DNA from: Eledone cirrhosa
Lineage: Eukaryota
Length of the DNA stretch: 64,000 nt
NCBI GenBank assembly: GCA_964016885.1
Contig: OZ024740.1
Span: forward strand, 373,674,001 to 373,738,000
Direction: 5' to 3'
The position numbers and the translations under genes were made by a program. The notes beneath the pieces are model-generated. The model ran no database searches, had not been told where the DNA came from, and saw nothing but the letters and a program-made list of their open reading frames with translations. Shown in pieces: positions 57,633 to 64,000 of this stretch. Numbering within the stretch: position 1 is the stretch's first letter; every line of letters starts with the position of its first letter.

Positions 57633-58382
57633 CAGGGTGTACATAAAAAAATGTATTACAAAAGCAAATGAACAGACACATATAAAAAACGTATGAGGAA
57701 TAGATTTTGCAGTTTTGTTTAACTAATTCAATACACCTCTATATGGACAGCATTATTTGCAAAAAGGACATGAAGACGGTACTCGATTTCTTGCCCTAGT
57801 ATCACTGATTTTTTGCTTTAGCTCAGTGATGTCTCGTATCTTTGTTCGATATACTATATATTTAAGATAAGCCCATAGAAAGAAGTGTCACTACAGCTAG
57901 ATGACCTTCAACCAAGCATCATTTTCAAACAAGATCGCGTACCACCACATTGGGGACTCTTTGTTAGTGGGTTTCTAAATGAAACATTTCCAGACCGGTA
58001 TGTTGGAATGGATGGCGAAATCTCTGGCCACCTCGTTCACCAGATATCACTCCCCTCGACTTCTTTCTATGGTGTTATGTTAAATATATCGTGTATCCAA
58101 CAAAGATACGAGACATCTCTGATCTAAAGTGAACGATCGCTGATGCCATTGCCACAAAATGATGAGGTTACGATACAGCGAACATGGCAAGAAATCGAAC
58201 ACCGTCTTGATCTGCTTCGTGCAACTACTCGTGACCATATGTAGGTGTATTAAATTTGTTAAAATAAACTTCAATATCTGCACCTCATTTTGTAACAAAT
58301 TTCATATATTTCATATATTTCTTTGTTCATTTGCTTTTGTCATAAATTTTCTAAATTTTAAAGAGATATTATGGACAGCCTG
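57633..58382 (+). mobile_element. Fold-back Tc1/mariner (maT-like) derivative
   Basis: TIRs cagggtgtacataa / ttatggacagcctg; IFKQDRVPPHW, WPPRSPDITPLDFFLW; 57633-57886 is an inverted copy of 58059-58382. Confidence 0.85.
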
Positions 58383-58394
58383 TATATATACATA

Positions 58395-58507
<113 letters not shown>

Positions 58508-58519
58508 CGAATATTAAAC

Positions 58520-58850
58520 ACAGACGCAAACGCATACATAAAGACTGAAACAAGAAGAAATAAATAAAATGAAATGGCGCAGGGTTAATAATACAACGGG
58601 AGGAAACATAATAGTACCACTGATGATGTCATAGATGTGTGACGAAAGTACATTGATAGACTATGTAATTATATTTATATTTGTATTTATAACCGTTGGT
58701 CAATCAATGATAAACATTGGTTGCCAAATAAATTAACTATGGAGATATAAATGATACAGAAGCGAAAACCAAAACAAACCAAACAGTGAGTGTGTTTTAT
58801 TATTATTTCTGGCAATATTATAAAAATATCACCCTCCCCAAGTATAACAA
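58520..58850 (+). mobile_element. Solo PLE 3' end related to 49330-49667
   Basis: acagaagcgaaa...cagtgagtgtgtt...ctggcaatatta...ccccaagtataacaa. Confidence 0.82.
58615..58658 (+). ncRNA. Minimal hammerhead motif (cleavage-site U mutated)
   Basis: uacca-CUGAUGA-u-gucaua gau gugugac-GAAA-guac-au-ugaua. Confidence 0.68.
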
Positions 58851-58859
58851 ACATAAACG

Positions 58860-61205
58860 TATAAAAAATGATAAAAGAATACTAATTAAACAAGCAGATA
58901 AAGGGGTGCAGTTGTTATAATAGATGCTGAATACTACAAGGATTTGGTTAATGGAACAACTGAAAGACACAACATTCTATCATGAAATAAATACCGTCAA
59001 ATATAGACCACAACATCATGAAGAAGATCAACAACCTGGCTTCAAAATACCACAACTCAGTTACTGATAAGGAAAGAGACTACAACACCAATTTTGAGCC
59101 AAAGTCAGCAACCTGTATGGCCTACCGAAAGTTCATGAGTCAAAAGTAATACAACTGGCAGTAAGAGAACAAAACAGTGAGCACATTAAATTACTACACC
59201 CAAAAGACTTAAAACTCAGACCTATTATAGCTGGTCCAACATGCCCCACCCAACGTCTAAGCAATTTTGTTTACATTATTTTTAAAGCACTATGTATTCA
59301 CATACCCAGTTCCATCCGGGATGATATCGACTTCCTCTCCCATCTTCACAAATCCACGGAAACGAATTCACTTCTACTTAGTTATGATGTGGTAAGCCTT
59401 TATACCAACATTACACATGATTTAGGAATAAAGGCGGTTAAATACTGGGTGGAAGAACATAGAGAAGTGATTCCCATCATATTCACAGCGCCATTTATAT
59501 TAGACGCGGTTAAACTTATTCTGGAAAACAACACTTTCTTCTACAATGGAAAGAATTACATCCAAATTAGAGACACAGCGATGGGAATAAAGTTTGCTCC
59601 CGTTTACGCGAACTATGTAATGGGATACTTAGAACAACAAATCTACCAAGAAATAGAGGAAAAATATAGTACTGACTTTAGAAAGTACATTGAAAACTCT
59701 TGGAAGAGATACCTTGACGACTGTTTCATCCTCCTGAATAACCTACACCCATCTCTCTAATTCACAAAAGAGATGAGTAGGACCAAATTACTATTCCTAG
59801 ATATAATGATAATCAAAAACGACACCACCATTACCACGGATATATAATGTAAACACACAGACACCCATCAATATCTGAATTTTAAGTCGTGCCATCCACC
59901 TCATACAAAACGCAACATCCCATACTGCCTAGCCAGAAGAATTTGTACCATTGTAGAAGATACGAATACCAGGTACAAACGCCTAACAGAACTACGAGAA
60001 TGTTTGCTCAAACAAAAAATACCCATCTCTACTTATAGAAAATGGCATACAACGGGCTATAAAAATACCTATACAACAACTTAGGACAACCCAAGGAAGA
60101 AGAAACCAAGAACTGGTCATACCATTTATAATGACACACAATACATGTCACCAGAATATGTTCAACACTGCCAAAGCAAACCTACCGATCATTGCTCAAA
60201 GTAATGAATTAAAAGGCTTAATCACAGATCGATCTTTGACTCTTAGTAAAAGACAGTCGAAAAATTTGAAGCAATTACTAACAAAAGCAAAGTTTGACCT
60301 TAACAACAAAGGCCAATCATTCACTGTATCTAAATGCAATGATAGTCGATGCGGCACATGTCAATCCATACACGCCGGTCAATATATGAAAACAAAAACT
60401 GGAAAAATATTCCCAAATGCAAATATGAACTGCAAAAGCAGAAATCTAATTTACTGCATTAAATGCCCGATTTGTGAAGAACTATATGTCGGTCAAACTG
60501 GAAATGCACTATCGGAACGTGCACGGGTACACCGTCAGAAAATCAGAGACCCAAATGTCCGTCAGATACCCCTAAGTAACCATCTAGCAACATGTGGTCA
60601 GGGAATATTTATAATATTCCCATTCTACAAATTACACAGCCCAAGTGAAATCAAGAGAAAAATCAAAGAAAAGAATGTTATTGATAAATTCAAACACAAG
60701 CTAAATGAACAATAATAATGCTTAGGGCTATTACTTCTAATATGACTATGACTACGACCATGTCGACTACGAAAAACCCTAGAATATGCTATTTTCATCA
60801 TTTCTAAAAATAGCAAAACAATTGATGCTTTGGATAGGATCAATTACTGGTCGTTAGACATGCTCAACCAACCGTGACGCCTAAACCAATCAGCTATAGT
60901 AATTCAGTGAAACTACACACCGATTGGTCGAAATACAGTTTGCAAGATTTAGTATTCTGGAGCCAGTTTTCACTGTATATAAGGTACAACATTTACCCAT
61001 TTCATTGCAATTGAAAATTGCAAACTTGACTCTCACCACAGAATATGAAGCTGAAGATTGCGAAAGCATGAAAGTACTTGTTCAATTAACACATAACATT
61101 TAATATTCTATCATACTCTTTCATTATAATACCATTATCAAATTTAAAGGATTGTAAATAAAACGAGTAAATCAGACAAAGTTGGAATTCCTCTTATTAT
61201 TATAA
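58860..61205 (+). mobile_element. Neptune-like PLE, decayed RT + GIY-YIG + 3' UTR
   Basis: IKQADKGGAVVI, LYGLPKVH, LRPIIAG, YDVVSLYTNI, AMGIKFAPVYAN, WKRYLDD, YLNFKSCHP, CNDSRCGTC, NLIYCIKCPICEELYVGQT. Confidence 0.93.
61046..61084 (+). ncRNA. Minimal type I hammerhead ribozyme motif
   Basis: ugaag-CUGAAGA-u-ugc GAAA gca-u-GAAA-guac-UU-guuca; intact core, GNRA loop II, palindromic stem III. Confidence 0.78.
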
Positions 61206-61253
61206 TATGTACACAATTATACACACCCGGGTATATTCATCTATCTATCTTTC

Positions 61254-61334
<81 letters not shown>

Positions 61335-61345
61335 TGTTTATTACA

Positions 61346-61413
<68 letters not shown>

Positions 61414-63477
61414 TGTATACATACGTGTATGCTTGTATTTATGCACATATATGTATGTGTCTGCGTGCGTATAGATATAAACGTGTATTTATATATCACA
61501 TCATATTTGAATATATCGAAGTCCCGCCTTCTAACATCAAGTGCACTAATACCTTTTTACTATATTAGACTGCCAACTAATCTAGCTCAATTCTATGATG
61601 TATTAGCTGAATATGTTATAGAGGGTCATGCGTATGCAGCACAAATAACATCATACGTGTAGATTATGTATAGTTTGGCAAAGCTGTATGCCAATCGTTA
61701 AATTATAGAATAACAACGAGGATAATTTATGTAATCCTTGCCTTATTCCATAAATAATAGATTTTGTGTTATAATGTTATCAAGGAAACCATACGCCAGG
61801 AAAGCAGAAAATCCTAATATTTGATAGACTGATATCAAAGAAACGTATGCTATTATATGAGGATGTCAACTGCAAATTATTTCATTTGTTTTCGAATACA
61901 AAGATATAAGCGGCCCAGAGTCAACTGACTTACTATCCAAACACGTATTCAATTTGAAGGAGAACAATTCAAAGAGCTATTAGAACGATTAATGTATACA
62001 TGTTTATTCAGATCATAGAAATGACAGTGATATGTCGTTAGTTGGCAAGAACTAAAATATTATTCGCATTGTAAATGTACTCCATACATTTTAAATGCTC
62101 AGTCTAGAGAAGTAACGGCCAAAGAATATATTGAGCTCGTTCTATATTTCAAATGAAATAATAAAATACGTGGATATACTGCCAGGGAGAGAAACCTATT
62201 GTATAGGACAAATTATGAATTCTCATTTAATAACCCATTGATTGTTGGTTTAGTTTTATTGTTTCATGGCCGACGTAATGGCTAACTAAATTGGAATTAA
62301 TCGATTCATTTGGTTATATGCACACCGTATAAACCTGTGAATTTATATCAATATAAAATATAATCATCGAAAATATTCCAACAATCAGTCAATAGTTATT
62401 GATAATGCATTTTCCCTATTGGGAAGGAAATAGATTGGTGCGTATTTCTGATTATGATCTTTTAAATATTATTGTGTGAAGTTGAACTTATAATTTAAAC
62501 TAAATTGTCATTGCTTTTACGTTAATTAGCAGTTTAGTCGGCGCTCGGAAGAAGAACACCGTCCACTGAACCGTTTCTGATGGCTGAATGACCATAGTTG
62601 GAAGAAAAAAGACACATCAATTGATTTCTGCACGCATTACAAACGGAATTTGCTACCGACGATGGTCTAATATCAGAAAAAAATGTCCACAATTGTCATG
62701 CATAAAGAAACGTCAAAAACCTGCCACATATTGCATTGATTATAACATGGAACCTAAACACCACGTCGGTGTCTATTGTTGAAGTTAATAAAAACAAATA
62801 TAATTAAGCATGGATCCCAATATATTTCATTTATTAGTTCTGTACTGGCGGTCCGAAATTTGTTCACATAAATGACAATATGATTTGGAATTTATCAAAA
62901 TATTTTGAATAACCAGATAGAACATTTCTACAAAACAATCAACTTTGGTGATGATTATTTTTAAAATCCCAGTGGGATTTAATAATTAATAATTGACACT
63001 CGTATATTGTTAATAGCATTCTCATCTTGGTATTGATGTTGCATACCAGTTGAAGACAATTTCAATAAAACCTTACAATCTTAACATATTCCAAGAAATA
63101 AATTAAATTCTGATTGTAAATATCTATTTATATTTGATGCATCAAAGTTGCATCATCATTGATGAATTATCATTTCAAAGGGATTTCATCCTGAAAAGGA
63201 AATTTACATAACATTTCTAAGAATCATTATTTCTCCATATCTGTTACTTTGATATTCCTTTACTTTCCTTTAGATAAACTTACCATTTGCTTCCTTCTAT
63301 ACTTTCATTCTCTCACACAACAATTCATTTGATTCTAGTTCAGCAGTCTCTTTCGAATTCCATCTATATCACATATCAACACACAAACATGGATTTAGTG
63401 ATCTCGACTCCATATCTCGCATTTTTATGAATCATCATAGACAAACGTAAACTTCTCCAAATATATATATATATATA

Positions 63478-63679
63478 GGAAAAAGTATGACGCCGACGGC
63501 AGAGCTCAAGCCGTTTCGACAAGCTATTTCGACGGGTATTTCAGTCCAGAAATAACCGTCGAAACGGCTTGAGCTCTGCAGTCGGGGTCATACTTTTTTC
63601 TATTTCCCACTCTACTATTCTAAGTATTGAGTATTCTGGTGCGTTATGGTCCATCTGGTTCCTTACCAGAATTATTTTG

Positions 63680-63680
<1 letters not shown>
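63478..63680 (+). mobile_element. Hairpin-headed repeat (family of 37741)
   Basis: Palindrome 63479-63600 plus shared tail, flanked by (TA)n. Confidence 0.8.
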
Positions 63681-63731
<51 letters not shown>

Positions 63732-64000
63732 GGGGGGGGCGTATGTGTGTGCTTTTGTTTGAGTGTACATATGTTTATCAATCTTTAAATAAATTAGCAA
63801 AAAGTAGGTTTACAAAATATGCTTGTTTCAACTCTCAATTGATGAGGGAATATTTATTTCCAGAGCGTGGAATTCGAAATTGGTTATAAATAAATCTGTG
63901 TGAACTAATAAGTGTATATTTTTTAATGTTTATTTTGGCAAAGTCCATTCCTGAAAAATAAAACATTACCCACGTGCCGGATAACTTGTCAAGCTTTATT

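Overview
Eukaryotic, AT-rich, microsatellite-saturated window with no recognisable host gene. The SINE and (TA)n landscape resembles an octopus/cephalopod genome (inference). Nearly all identifiable sequence is decayed transposon: a near full-length Helitron, a mini-Helitron, a tandem non-autonomous Helitron dimer, RTE and Tx1/L1 LINE fragments, tRNA-derived SINEs, a Buster-type hAT with an intact 8-bp TSD nested in an RTE, a fold-back mariner, and many Penelope-like element (PLE) fragments from several lineages, including Naiad-type. The strongest pattern is a recurrent architecture: long DNA palindromes (0.1-2.7 kb) between (TA)n tracts, most carrying outward-facing hammerhead ribozyme (HHR) motifs. 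The largest holds a Naiad-type GIY-YIG remnant in its spacer, tying the palindromes to PLE retrotransposition. HHR motifs range from minimal forms to long-stem-II and variant-core forms. All calls and coordinates were read by eye; no folding, alignment or database search was run.
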